From positions 14,074,001 to 14,138,000 of the forward strand of contig OX597820.1 of the NCBI GenBank assembly GCA_951406725.2: a stretch of 64,000 nucleotides of DNA. Direction: 5' to 3'. Positions 11,811 to 24,402 of this stretch are shown piece after piece. Below the pieces are notes generated by a model. That model made no database searches. It had not been told where the DNA came from and saw nothing but the letters and a program-made list of their open reading frames with translations. The position numbers and the translations under genes were made by a program. The first letter of the stretch is position 1. Each line of letters opens with the position of its first letter. The stretch comes from Octopus vulgaris. Its lineage: Eukaryota.

Positions 11811-12054
11811 TAAATTTTTGAGGGTGTCACCTCGCACACATATACTCCACACACAAACACATTCACACCTACGCACCCAAACGTACCAACACACCTGCCT
11901 CCTGACTCCCTGACCCCCCACCCCACCCGCCTCGTAGTCATCAATAAGGACAAGATGGAATGTTATTGCCTGATGGTTCATTAGAACATCAGAGGACATT
12001 GATAATGCGCAAGTTGAAAGGTAGGGAGAGAGGGTGGGGTAGGATAGGTGAGGA

Positions 12055-12580
12055 CCAGGGATGAGGATGATGATGATGTTGATGGTGGTGGTAGTGGTTG
12101 TGGTGGTGGTAGTGATGGTAAAGACAATGATGATGATGGTAGTGGAACCAGTTGTGGTGGTGGTAGTGTTGTTGTTGGTGGTGGTGGTAAAGACGATGAT
12201 GATGGTGAAGATGACAATGATGGTGATGGTGGTGGTGGTGGTGGTGGTGGTGTTGGTGGTTGTGGTGGTGGTAGTGATGGTGGTTGTGGTAAAGACAATG
12301 ATGATGGTGGTGGTGGTGGTGGTGGTGAAGATGATGATGATGGTGGTGGTGGTGAAGATGATGGTGATGATGATAATTATGGTGATGATGGTATTGATGT
12401 TAGTGGTGGGGGTGGGGCGGCAACAGTGGCAGGGTGACGGTTATAATGGTGATGGTTGTGATGATGATGATGATGGTGGTAGTGGTGGTGGTAGTGGTGA
12501 TGATGCTGATGATGACAATGATGACAGTAATGATGATGATGATGATGATGCCGACAATGATGGTGATGATGGAGGTAGGT
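12055..12580. repeat. Cryptic (GAT)/(GGT) triplet repeat
   Basis: Visible. Confidence 0.95.
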
Positions 12581-13324
12581 GATGGGTGGTGGAGAGGGCA
12601 CTGGAGCAATTAACCCAAGCTTTTCTGCTAACACTCCTTCCTTCACCTCCCTCCACCTCCTCCTCCTCTTCAGCCTCCTTCCCCACCTCTTCCTCATCTT
12701 CTATTTCCAACTGTGGCCATAAATCAAGATAGGTGTTTAGGGAGCAGCAGATGTGTATGTGTATGTATGTGTTTGTCTGTGTGTATGTGTATGTGTGGTG
12801 TATGTGTTTGTGTGTGTGTGTTTCTATGTAAGTATGCACTTAAAATGCTGTGGAATGTGCATTTATATGTGCATGTGTATGTGTGCATTTCTATCCATGT
12901 GTGCACATAAGCTTGAGATGTGAGCATGTGCATTTCTGTGTGTGAATGCTGTTGAATGGCTGTGGGTGCACATGTGTGAGTGTGTGTGTGTGTGTGTGTA
13001 TGGATGGTGGGGTGGTACTCGATGCGGGTGGGGGGTGGGGAAGGGTGCACAGAAGAGGAAGCTGGGAGTTGAGTAGGGGTAGACACATGATGTCACATTG
13101 ATAAACATCTGGGAAAGCTGGGTATTTGGTATTTGAAGGATGGGCCGACAGGTGGTGGTGGTGATGGTGGCGGTGGTGGGGGTGTGTGTGTTGTTTTGTG
13201 GTGGGCGGGTGGGTCTGAGCTTTGATATACATATGTGTGTGTGTGTGTGTGTGTGATTGGTAGGATGTTGAACAGGAAAGAGGTGGTGATATCTTAGATG
13301 ATATCATTGGCTATATACTCTTTG

Positions 13325-13579
13325 TCATCAGCGTCGTCGTCGTCGTCATCATTTTTCACCATCATCATCATCATCAACATCGTCATTGTCATCATCATCA
13401 TCATCATCATCATCATCTTCATCGTTGTTGTTGTCATCATCATCATCATCATCATCATCCATCATCACCATCGTCGTCATCGTCGTCATCATCATCATTT
13501 TCACCATCATCATCATCGTCGTCATCGTCGTCGTCATCATCATCATTGTTGTCATCATCATCATCGTCATCATCATTTT

Positions 13580-13611
<32 letters not shown>

Positions 13612-13644
13612 TCGTCATCATCATCATCATCATCATCATCATCG

Positions 13645-13681
<37 letters not shown>

Positions 13682-14561
13682 TGTCATCATCGTCATCATC
13701 GGCGTAGTCGTTATCATTATCATCATCATCATTTTCACCAGCATCATCATCATCATCATTGTTGTCATCATCATCATCATCAATGCCATCACTAACACCA
13801 ACAACCATCACCACCACTACGATGGTGGCGACCACCACCACCAGTACCATTATTATCATCAACAACACAAATTCATTAGCAATCATCATCACAATCACAG
13901 TCGATGTCACCACTGTCACTACTGCCATCACCATCACTGCCAGCAGCATCATCCTCATAACTATCATTGATATCATTGCTACGAACATCACTACCCACAC
14001 CACAACTACCACCACCCTCGTCATCATCATCATTACAATCATCATCATAGTCATCATCATCATCATCATCATTGGTATCACCATTGTCGTCGTCGTCATC
14101 ATCACCATCATCATCATCAACATCATCATCATCAACATCATCATCATCAACATCATCATCACCACCATCACCATTGCCATCATCATCATCATCACCATCA
14201 TCATCAAGGACATCATCATCATCATCGCCATCATCATCATCAAGAATATCACCACCACCACCATTATCATCATCATCATCATCATCATCGTCGTCATCCC
14301 CCTAGATCATTATAATCATCATTCCTGCCATGATAGATGTTTATTAGCAAAACTACCTTCACTGTCCATCATCACCATCATCGTTGTCGACATTCTCCTC
14401 CTCCCCACTCCTCATCCTCTTCCTCATCATCATGCCATTCCTGCAATAAGCATTCTCTATGTCAGTACTAGAATTACTCTTTATATCATCATTCATTACC
14501 ACCACCACCACCACCACTACTGCTACTACTACAACTGCTACAACAACAACAACAACAAACA

Positions 14562-14606
<45 letters not shown>

Positions 14607-14700
14607 GTTGCTGCTGCTAATCCTACTACAACCACAACCACCACCACCATCAGCAGCAGCACTACAACCATCATCGCCTCTCTACTACAGCTACAGCACC
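13325..14700. repeat. Long cryptic (CAT)/(CAC)/(TAC) triplet repeat block
   Basis: Visible. Confidence 0.95.
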
Positions 14701-15265
14701 AGCAATACCTCTACCACATCAGTACTGACACTGCCACAATCATTCTGACTCGTATCAATGCAGCAAGTTTCTTGTTTAATTGTTTCATCAGTTTTCTTTG
14801 ACCCGGTAGCAGTCAAATTGTCTTCGATGACATTTTAAAAATGTCTTGGGGAAATTTCAAACCTGGGTTCTCATTCTTAGGGTATTTATCGATGTTGTGA
14901 AAATAACTCTAACAGTTCAAATACTAAGAAATAAGCACACTCAATTTTATTTTTACCACACATGGCTATATATAAGGATCCCTTCCAGGGGTGAATGGGT
15001 TATTTCCCTTGGTTTTTAAAATAAAATATACTAGATATATATAAGGATACCTTCCAGGGGCTCTATTATTGATTTTTTTCAACAATTTGAGCATGTCATG
15101 AGGTTTCCAGACATGAGTTCTCCTCACATGTCAAGTTTCATCAAAATCCATAAAATGTTGCAGGAGGAGTTAGCTAACAACTCTACAAACACCCTTGGAC
15201 AGAATTTCCCACAAAAGTAGTATACACACTCACCCAGACACACATATACATACATATACATATAT

Positions 15266-15300
<35 letters not shown>

Positions 15301-15327
15301 CATATATATATACATATATATATATAC

Positions 15328-15732
<405 letters not shown>

Positions 15733-15749
15733 TATTATATATATATATA

Positions 15750-15926
15750 TCATCATCATTTAGCGTCCGTTTTCCATGCTAGCATGGGTTGGACGGTTTA
15801 ACTGGGGTCTGTGAAGCCGGAAGGCTTCATCAGGCCCAGTCAGATGGCAGTGTTTCTACGGCTGGATGCCCTTCTAACGCCAACCTCCCATGAGTGTAGT
15901 GGGTGTTTTTACGTGCCACCTGCACA
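15750..15926 (-). mobile_element. RTE LINE 3' terminal fragment
   Basis: Minus-strand GGCGTTAGAAGGGCATCCAGCCGTAGAAAC, CATGCTAGCATG, (GAT)n tail. Confidence 0.85.
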
Positions 15927-15948
15927 ATAAAATTATATATATATATAT

Positions 15949-16128
15949 AAAAAAGCACCCACTACACTCACGGAGTGGTTGGCGTTAGGAAGGGCATCCA
16001 GCCGTAGAAACACTGCCAGATTTGACTGGGCCTGATGAAGCCTTCTGGCTTCACAGACCCCAGTAGAACCGTCCAACCCATGCTAGCATGGAAAACGGAC
16101 GCTAAATGATGATGATGATGATGATGAT
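15949..16128 (+). mobile_element. RTE LINE 3' terminal fragment, inverted relative to its neighbour
   Basis: Nearly identical to 61368-61548. Confidence 0.88.
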
Positions 16129-16159
16129 ATATATATGTATATATAATATATATGATGAC

Positions 16160-16192
<33 letters not shown>

Positions 16193-16212
16193 ATATATTA
16201 TATATACATATA

Positions 16213-16256
<44 letters not shown>

Positions 16257-16279
16257 GTATGTATACATATGTATATATA

Positions 16280-16697
16280 TAGGTGTAGGAGTCGCTGTGT
16301 GGTAAGAAGCTTGCTTTCCAACCATATGGTTCTGGGTTCAGTCCCACTGCTGGTACCTTCGGCAAGTGTCTTCTCCTATAGCCTTGGGCCGAACAAAGCC
16401 TTGTGAGCGGATTTGGTAGAAGGAAACTGAAAGAAGCCTGTCATATATATGTATGTATGTATTATGTATACATATGTGTGTGCCTGTGTTTGCCCCCACC
16501 CCCATCGCTTGACAACCAATGTTGGTGTGTTTACATCCCCATCACTTAGCAATTCAGCAAAAACAGATCGATAGAATAAATACTAGGCTTACAAAGAATA
16601 AGTCCTGGGGTTGATTTGTTCGACTAAAGGCGGTGCTCCAGCATGGCCGCAGTCAAATGACTGAAACGAGTAAAAGAATAAGTGAATAAAAGAATAT
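16280..16697 (+). mobile_element. SINE family B
   Basis: Head, internal microsatellite and tail as at 7010. Confidence 0.88.
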
Positions 16698-16712
16698 GTA
16701 TATATATAATAT

Positions 16713-16795
<83 letters not shown>

Positions 16796-17014
16796 GTATG
16801 TATGTATGATGTATATAAATTTATGTGTATACACATATGTACACATATACACACAAACATATATCTGTATATATGCTTATGTATATACTACAGGCTTCTA
16901 CACAGTTTCCATCAACCAAATTTGTACTAAATAACCAAGCCTGCATCTATTCTGAAGAAAAAGTCAACTATAGTAATAACGTATAGAGACAGACCAAAAT
17001 ATCATCTTCTAGCA

Positions 17015-17016
17015 AC

Positions 17017-17048
<32 letters not shown>

Positions 17049-17621
17049 AACACACACACTCATGCGTGCACACATATACATACATGCACACACGTACATA
17101 CATGCACACACGTACATACATGCACACATACATAAACACACATAGAAACACATACACACACACACACACACACTCTCACATACACACACACTCACACATA
17201 CACACACATACATAAACACACACATAGACACACATACACTCAAACACGCACACATAAACACAGATAGACACATACACTCTCACATACATACACATACACA
17301 CTCACATATATGCACATAGGCTGAAACACACACATACACGCATACACACACACACATATGCAATACAAACACACACATATGCACACACATACAAACACAT
17401 GCATATGCACACACATAAGCAAAAACACACACACACAAATGCACACACATAAGCAAAAACACACACACACAAATGTACACGCATACATACACACACACGA
17501 ACCCACTCATACACACACACACACATAAGCAAAAACACACACACACACACAAATACACACGCACACAAACATACACACAAACACGCGCATGCATACACAC
17601 ACACATAAGCATAAACACATA

Positions 17622-17659
<38 letters not shown>

Positions 17660-17682
17660 TACACACACATATACACACGCAC
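17015..17682. repeat. Degenerate (CA)n block
   Basis: Visible. Confidence 0.92.
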
Positions 17683-17934
17683 AGAAAAGCAAAAGTGCAA
17701 CCCCGCCATTGCCGTGATGCACCTTTGACAGTTAAATGGTAAGAAATTGATTCCCACACAGAGCAGAGATGGTGCTGCTGTGACAATGGGAACCAGAATG
17801 TCCTGCTCTCTGCTGACAGCTGTTCAAAGATTTCAGCTAAGAAAACAATCACGCAACAAACATTGACATAGTTAATGGCCTAAATCTCATTTCTGGGTTT
17901 CTTTGCAGCTTTTGTTGGTGGTGTTGCCGTTAAT

Positions 17935-18182
17935 TTATCTACCAGTCTATCTATCTCACTGTCTGCCTCTCTGTCTATCTTTCTGTCTGTCTGTCAGTCT
18001 ATCTATCTATCTGTCTGTCTGTCAGTCTATCTATCTATCTGTCTGTCTGTCTATCAACCTATCTATCTATCTGCCTGTCTGCCTATCACTCTGTCTGTCT
18101 GTCTGTCAATCTATCTATCTATCTGTCTGTCTGTCAGTCTGTCTGTCAGTCTGTCTGTCTGTCAGTCAGTCTGTCTGTCTGG

Positions 18183-18220
<38 letters not shown>

Positions 18221-18280
18221 GTCTGTCTCTCTATCTGCCGATATGTCTATCTATCAGCCTATCTTCAGCCTCTCTCTCTC

Positions 18281-18329
<49 letters not shown>

Positions 18330-18429
18330 ATATATGTATACGTATACATATATACATACATATATATATATATATGTGTGTGCATATGTGGGTGTGTGTG
18401 TGTGTGTGTGGGTGTACTTATGTATACGT

Positions 18430-18468
<39 letters not shown>
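17935..18468. repeat. (TATC)/(TGTC) tetranucleotide block followed by (TA)/(TG)
   Basis: Visible. Confidence 0.92.
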
Positions 18469-18469
<1 letters not shown>

Positions 18470-18471
<2 letters not shown>

Positions 18472-18680
18472 TACTCTTCTTACTGTTTTACTTGCTTCGG
18501 TCATTTGACTGCAGCCATGCTAGAGCACCGCATTTAGTCGAGCAAATCGATCCCGAGACTTATTCTTTGCAAGCCTAGTACTTATTCTAATGGTCTCTTT
18601 TGTCGAATCGCTAAGTTACGGGGAAACACACTAGCATCGGTTGTCAAGCAATGTTGGGAGGACAAACACAGACACACATA
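18470..18680 (-). mobile_element. SINE family B, 3' half
   Basis: GTCATTTGACTGCAGCCATGC...GACAAACACAGAC. Confidence 0.85.
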
Positions 18681-18690
18681 CATACATAAT

Positions 18691-18724
<34 letters not shown>

Positions 18725-18826
18725 TATGTATATATATATATATATATGTGTGTGCGTGTGTAAGTATGTATATATATATATATATATACATACTTACACA
18801 CGCACACACACACACATATATATATA

Positions 18827-20247
18827 CAGTTGCGGCCAAAATGATCAGAATGGTTGCTTTTACTGCGTGTTTTAGTATATTTAACCAGCGAACTCTAATG
18901 TTTTGAATTTGTTTACGTGACGGTTCGTTTACTAAACATTAGTAAGAATATATGCAGTGTACTTTGTTAATATAATGCCACTTACTCCGTTACCAATTCG
19001 TCAGCAGATTATTAAGCTTCGAAGGAAGGATAATTTAAGTATTGGATCTATTGCAAAGATTGTTAACAAGTCAAAAAGTGTTGTACTCTGTATTCTTAAG
19101 GTCTAGGATGATTGTGGTTCGTGTAAAGCAAGAAAGTCTACAGGTAGGCCAAGAAAAACGACCAAGAGAGAAGATCGTGCTGTGGTAAAGTTGGTTAAAA
19201 AGGACAGATTTAAAACTGCTGCTGCTGTTTCTCAGAAAATGAGCATTGTATTGAAGAAAACTTTATCTCGAAAAACTGTGTCTCGTCATTTAGTTGAACA
19301 TGACCTACAAGCAAGAGCACCTGCAGTGAAGCCACTGATCAGCTCCAAGAATAAAAAGTGTCGTCTTACCTTTGCAACCGAACATGTGTTGTCTCAAGAA
19401 AAATGGCAAACGGTGCATTTCAGTGATGAATCTAAGTTTATGCTATTTGGCTCAGATGGGAAAAGGTATGTTCATAGAAAAGTAGGAGAAAAATTGTTGC
19501 CTAAATGCCTTAAGACTAGTGTTAAATTTGGTGGAGGAAGTGTCATGGTTTGGGGGATGATATCTGGAGATGGTGTGGGCCCTTTGGTGCAATTACATGG
19601 AAAGGTAAATGCAGGAGTTTATAAACAACTTGTAAAAGATCATGTCTTGCCTGTGCTGAGAAATTCAACTAAGCGACCACCCATATTCATGCAGGACAAT
19701 GCCCCATGTCACAAGGCTAAGGTGGTCATGAACTTCCTCAAGGCTGAAAAGGTTATTGTTATGGATTGGCCAGCTCAAAGCCCAGATTTCAATCCTATTG
19801 AAAATGAGTGGAATATTCTAGGAGAACGTTTGAAAGCCAGAAATCCTAAAACAACTGAGCAATTATGGAATGCCCTTCAGGAAGAATGGAATAAGATCAC
19901 CCAGCAAGAAATTGAAAATTTAATTCCTCATGCAGTCGAAGATGTCAGAGTGTAATTGAAGCTAAAGGGCTTCACACTAAATATTAAATAATTCCAGTAT
20001 TTTTGATTATTTTGTTATTTTTTCAACCGTTCTAATCACTTTGGCCGCTGTGGGTTTTGCAGTAAATCACTAAATCATCCATAACTTTTGTATTATCCTC
20101 TCAAATTACACCAAAATCTCAGGTAATAACAAATAATATCGTATTTATTGTCTGTGAAAATTATAGAATATAAAACAACTTTGATAAAAACTTATACCTA
20201 CTTTTCTGACGAAAACAATGCCGTTCTGAACATTTTGGCCGCAACTG
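18827..20247 (+). mobile_element. Tc1-like DNA transposon with both termini and TA TSD
   Basis: TIR CAGTTGCGGCCAAAATG.TCAGAA.GG at both ends, flanked by TA. Confidence 0.95.
18975..19987 (+). pseudogene. Tc1 DD34E transposase with one in-frame TAG (19104) and one C-terminal frameshift (~19927)
   Basis: N-terminal HTH, GRPRKTT linker, FSDESKF, VMVWG, FMQDNAPCH-(34)-SPDFNPIEN, shifted tail RRCQSVIEAKGLHTKY*. Confidence 0.93.
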
Positions 20248-20261
20248 TATATATATATATA

Positions 20262-20900
20262 TAATGGGAAGCTTTATGAAAATAAACAAAAGACGAAGGC
20301 AGGTGGAAAACAAACGAACAATTGTATTAGTATGGCGCTCAGGAAATATAAATAAAACAAGTCTTTAACGTTTCGAGCCTACGCTCTTCAACAGAAAGAT
20401 ACACAGAGAGAGAAAAACACAGAAAGAAGGAGAGAAAGAAAATGCGTGCAGTAGCTAACGAATCAACATGGCGATCTGATTTCGGCCAGAGGTCAAAGAT
20501 CAAACATGAGACGCGAGAGCGAAATAAGGGGAGATAATAGGGTTGATAAATGGGTTGAGGGACCAGCTAAAAGTGCGTGGGAGGGGTCTGGATGTATGTA
20601 TGTATAGGGTTGGTGTATGTATTAGTATGTATAAGGGTGTGTGTGTGTGTGTGTATGAGAGAGTATTAGTGCGTAAGATTGGTCTGGACGTGCGTATGTA
20701 TGGGGTTGGTGTATGTATTAGTATGTATTAGTATGTATTAGTACGTATTGGTATGTATAGGTGTGTGTGTGTGTGTGTGTGTGAGAGAGTATAAGTGCGT
20801 ATGCGGGGTCTGGACGTGTGTATGTATAGGGTTGGTGTAAGTATTAGTATGTACTAGTATGTATTAGTACGTATTAGTATGTATTAGTTGGTGTGTGTAT
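20262..20900 (-). mobile_element. Penelope-like terminal-repeat fragment with a hammerhead motif and three ~95-125 bp tandem units
   Basis: Hammerhead-like motif at 20362-20399; repeated GTGCGT..GGTCTGGA.GT units at ~20573, 20669 and 20795. Confidence 0.5.
20362..20399 (-). ncRNA. Minimal type I hammerhead-ribozyme-like motif (variant core)
   Basis: TCTTT CTGTTGA A GAGC-GTAG-GCTC GAAA CG TT AAAGA. Confidence 0.6.
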
Positions 20901-20949
20901 TAGTATGGCACATCATATGTGATGTGATGTGTAAAGTCATGTGGTGTAG

Positions 20950-21300
20950 TGAGGAGAAGAGGGGGAGGGGGAGAAGATGGGGGAGAGAAGGGGAGGGGAA
21001 GAAGAGGGGGAGGAGAAGGGGGAGAGGAGAGGATGGGGGAGAAGGAAGGGGATGAGGGGGATGAAGGAGGAAAGAGGGAGAGGGGGAGAGAGAAGGGGAG
21101 AGAGGGAGTGAGGGAGCAGAGGGAAGGGGAAGAGGGAGGGAGAAAGAGGGAAGAAGGGAAGGGGAGTAGGGGTGAAAGGATGAAGGACTGAAGAAGTAGG
21201 GGTCGGGGGGAGAAAGGATAGGTGAGGAGGGGGAGAGGGGGGTTAGATGAGGAGGGGGGAGAGTTGAGACCAAATGGCGTATAAGAGCGAAGAGAGAAGA
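20950..21300. repeat. Polypurine G/A-rich low-complexity tract
   Basis: Almost pyrimidine-free, with many G3-G6 runs. Confidence 0.9.
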
Positions 21301-21369
<69 letters not shown>

Positions 21370-21377
21370 GTGTGTGT

Positions 21378-21630
21378 GGAAGCACGTGGCTTAGTGGTTA
21401 GGGTGTCAGCACCATGATCGTAAGATTCTGGTTTTGATTCCTGGACCGGGCAACACGTGCTCTTGAGCAAAAGACTTCATTTCACGTTGCTCCAGTCCAC
21501 TCAGCTGGCAAAAATGAGTAACGCTGCGATGGACTGGCGTCCCATCCAGCTGGGGAACACATACGCCATAGAAACCAGGAAACCGGGCCCATGAGCCTGG
21601 CTAGGCTTTAAAAAAGGGCGCATTTATTTT
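21378..21630 (+). mobile_element. tRNA-derived SINE (family C-related)
   Basis: TGGCTTAGTGGTTAGG, GGTTTTGATTCC, CTTGAGCAAAAGACTTCATTTCAC. Confidence 0.82.
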
Positions 21631-21651
21631 TTAAAATTTTATATATATATA

Positions 21652-21900
21652 TTGGGTTGGTGCATAATTATTGTGGATATTTTCAACAAATTTTTTTCAA
21701 GAAAAAGAATAACAATATTTAACAAAAACATCTTTAAATGATGGTCTGACCGTCTGCCAAGCAAATGGGAAGCAGTAATTGAAGTAGAGGGTGAATATGC
21801 TCCGGAATAATCATTTAAAGATGGTTTTGTTACATGTTGTTATTGTTTTTGCTGAATAAAATTTGTTGAAAAAAAGCGGCAATAATTTTGCACCAATCAA
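21652..21900. mobile_element. mariner-derived fold-back MITE
   Basis: TA|TTGGGTTGGTGCATAATTATTG terminus; ~90-bp inverted arms around a transposase C-terminal remnant. Confidence 0.85.
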
Positions 21901-22254
21901 CTTTATGATAATTAGCATGCCAGCTCCTAGCAGCAATAATAGATAATCCAGTTGAGATCTAATGGGTTTATTTTCTTAGAAATTAACCTGTCTATGGATG
22001 ATATCAGGTAATAAATGTATCGCCTAGATTTGGTTATTGATCACCACAGTGGTTATCCTGAATGTTGGATGGATATCCTGTTGTGGAGACATTGAGGCAA
22101 CCTCGTATTTGTTTATAAGATGACTGCTTGGGACTCCGAAATTTTTGACTAACGCCAGTATAATAGTGTAATACAGAATGCTGTGTATGACTTTTACCTG
22201 AGAATGTACCTTAAGAAAGTGAAAATATAAAACGAAGCTATATAGACCTATAGG

Positions 22255-22326
22255 CCAACTTACGACCAAATCGACTTACGACCAATCAGTCGGAACCAAC
22301 TGTGGTCGTAAGTCGAGGACAACCTG
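22255..22326. mobile_element. Tigger-like terminal fragment
   Basis: GACTTACGACC subterminal repeats and GTCGTAAGTCGAGGACAACCTG|TA terminus. Confidence 0.65.
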
Positions 22327-23103
22327 TATAAATATATGTATGTATGTTTGTGTGGGTGTGTATATGTGTGTGTGGGGGGTGTATGTGTGTGTGTATGAAT
22401 GAGGCATGAAGGTATTGGTTGGCCTGGGGTTATAGTAGAAGACACTCACCTATGATGCCACACGGTGAGACTGAACCAGAGACCAGCTGGTTGCAAAGCA
22501 AGCTTCTTAACTAAACATCCATGGTTACTGGCAAGTGCATCATCTCCATATCTATTGGCTGTGGATAGACAGAGTACGTGTTTATAAGAGAAAGAAACAG
22601 ATTGAAAGAGAGGATAGAAGAGAGGCAGATAATATAGTAAAGAGCAAGAGAGTTTAAAAACTGTGATATATTGAAACTAAAAGTCATTTCTGCTTTTTCT
22701 GGCAATTTCATTCTATGGCATATTTAACTTAAAATTTGTTGGTTGGATATCTATGTACTTAACTTTTTGCAACTCTGATTCAAATATTTTTGGCAGATTT
22801 ATACACACATAGTGTTAACATAGACACACTCACACACACACAACTTGCTCAGCCATAATTTTTTAAGAGGAACAATTCTTCAACTATCATTGGTGTTCTT
22901 GTGTCTTTGAAAAACATTCTTTGCAGAGAACAGCTATATATATATTGCCCAGGTGTCAAAATCATAATGATATCCATGGGGCAGCTGATGATGGAGGCAT
23001 GTTGGATTGTTGTTATGGCTGTTTTTGTATATGTGAAATAGTATTATAACACATCCTTTTTATATATATATGTAAATATATACATGCATACACACACACA
23101 TGT

Positions 23104-23136
<33 letters not shown>

Positions 23137-23140
<4 letters not shown>

Positions 23141-23770
23141 AGATAAGAAAATGGAGAAATACATCTAAATCAAATATCAATTACCAGATAATACTCAATC
23201 ACATACTTTATTAAACCACCACATAAGAGACTGTATATGTATATGTTGTATTATGGGTATGCACCCACACCCAGGTGGGTATATATGTAGACTGATTTAT
23301 ATTACATAATCTCCGAAGAAGCCTTATGATATTTTTGTAAATGTCTCATTTATATCTATATATTGACCTACCATAAAAGGCTAATATTGGTAAAATGAGA
23401 CATACTTATCTACATGGCCGAAACAGCTGTAAGATGTAATCTATACTTATATTTATATTTACTTATATTTATATTCTCTTTTATATATATTCTACTTATT
23501 ATACAACATTACTCTTTTATGTACACTTTTTTATGTACATTCCTTTATGTACACTGATTTGTTCTGCTTTTTCATTTTTAACCCTACAGTCTATATGTGG
23601 TGGTTTAATAAAGTATGTGATTGAGTATTATCTGGTAATTGATATTTGATTTAGATGTATTTCTCCATTTTCTTATCTTGTATTAGTAATTTGTGGTAAA
23701 TCATTTTACCTTTTCCCATATAATACAGTAAATGAATTGATTGCATCGCAATCATTAACATTTATGTATT
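23137..23770 (+). mobile_element. Penelope-like non-autonomous insertion with an inverted terminal duplication
   Basis: ~98-bp inverted arms 23137-23235 and 23585-23682 flank a hammerhead motif; AATAAA in the right arm. Confidence 0.7.
23301..23440 (+). ncRNA. Type I hammerhead-like motif with a long stem II
   Basis: ATTAC..ATCT CCGAAGA AGCC...GGCC GAAA CAGCTG TA AGAT GTAAT. Confidence 0.6.
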
Positions 23771-23926
23771 AACTTTGTTGGGTAGCAGTATATTGGACAT
23801 ATGTTATCCCATGGAGGGTTGCATTTACAACCCCTATCTCAATTTGTATATATATATATATGTGTGTGTGTGTGTATATGTATGTATATATGCATATATT
23901 CTTATGTATGCATGCAGATGTATATA

Positions 23927-24260
23927 CAGGGGTTGACAAAATAATGGAAACACCTAGCACCATAATTTTGAAATATCTATAAAACTGTCAAAAGCTTGTT
24001 TATTTTTATGTTTTTTGATTTATTATTAGTGTTGGTTAATATGTTTTGCTAAAATTGCTGTTTCTTTTCAAATGTCATCAGAAAAAGGTAATTAAAATTC
24101 ATTAAAATGACAGATCTATCGTACTTTCAAAGAGGTCAAATTGTTGGTGCTAATATGGCAGGCACTAGTATAATGAAAACAGCCAAAATGTTTGGTGTAT
24201 CAAGAAGTACTGTCTTAAAAGTAATGACAGCCTTTGAGAAAGAGGGAAAAAACCTCCTTG
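23927..24260 (+). mobile_element. Tc1-like 5' fragment (TIR plus HTH start)
   Basis: TA|CAGGGGTTGACAAAATAATGGAAACACC; ORF from 24107 MTDLSYFQRGQIVGA...FGVSRSTV. Confidence 0.85.
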
Positions 24261-24402
24261 TCCATACAAAACTTGTAGAATTTTGGTAAATATATCTGTT
24301 AAAATGAGATGTCAGTGTTATTTTCATTTTTGTGTAATTTAGACGACAGTTTATTCAATGTACCCTGTGTATAGTCATGTATATATATATATATATATAT
24401 AG

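Noticed and set aside
12048-14748. Long poly-His/Ile/Met/Asp/Ser ORFs (also at 35.5, 49.5-50.8, 56.5, 59-60 and 63 kb)
   Set aside because: Triplet microsatellites open in several frames on both strands, with no domain or splice support
16030-16060. CTGATGA AGCC..GGCT as a hammerhead in the RTE tail
   Set aside because: No GAAA after the stem; it is a simple TGAAGCC/GGCTTCA hairpin
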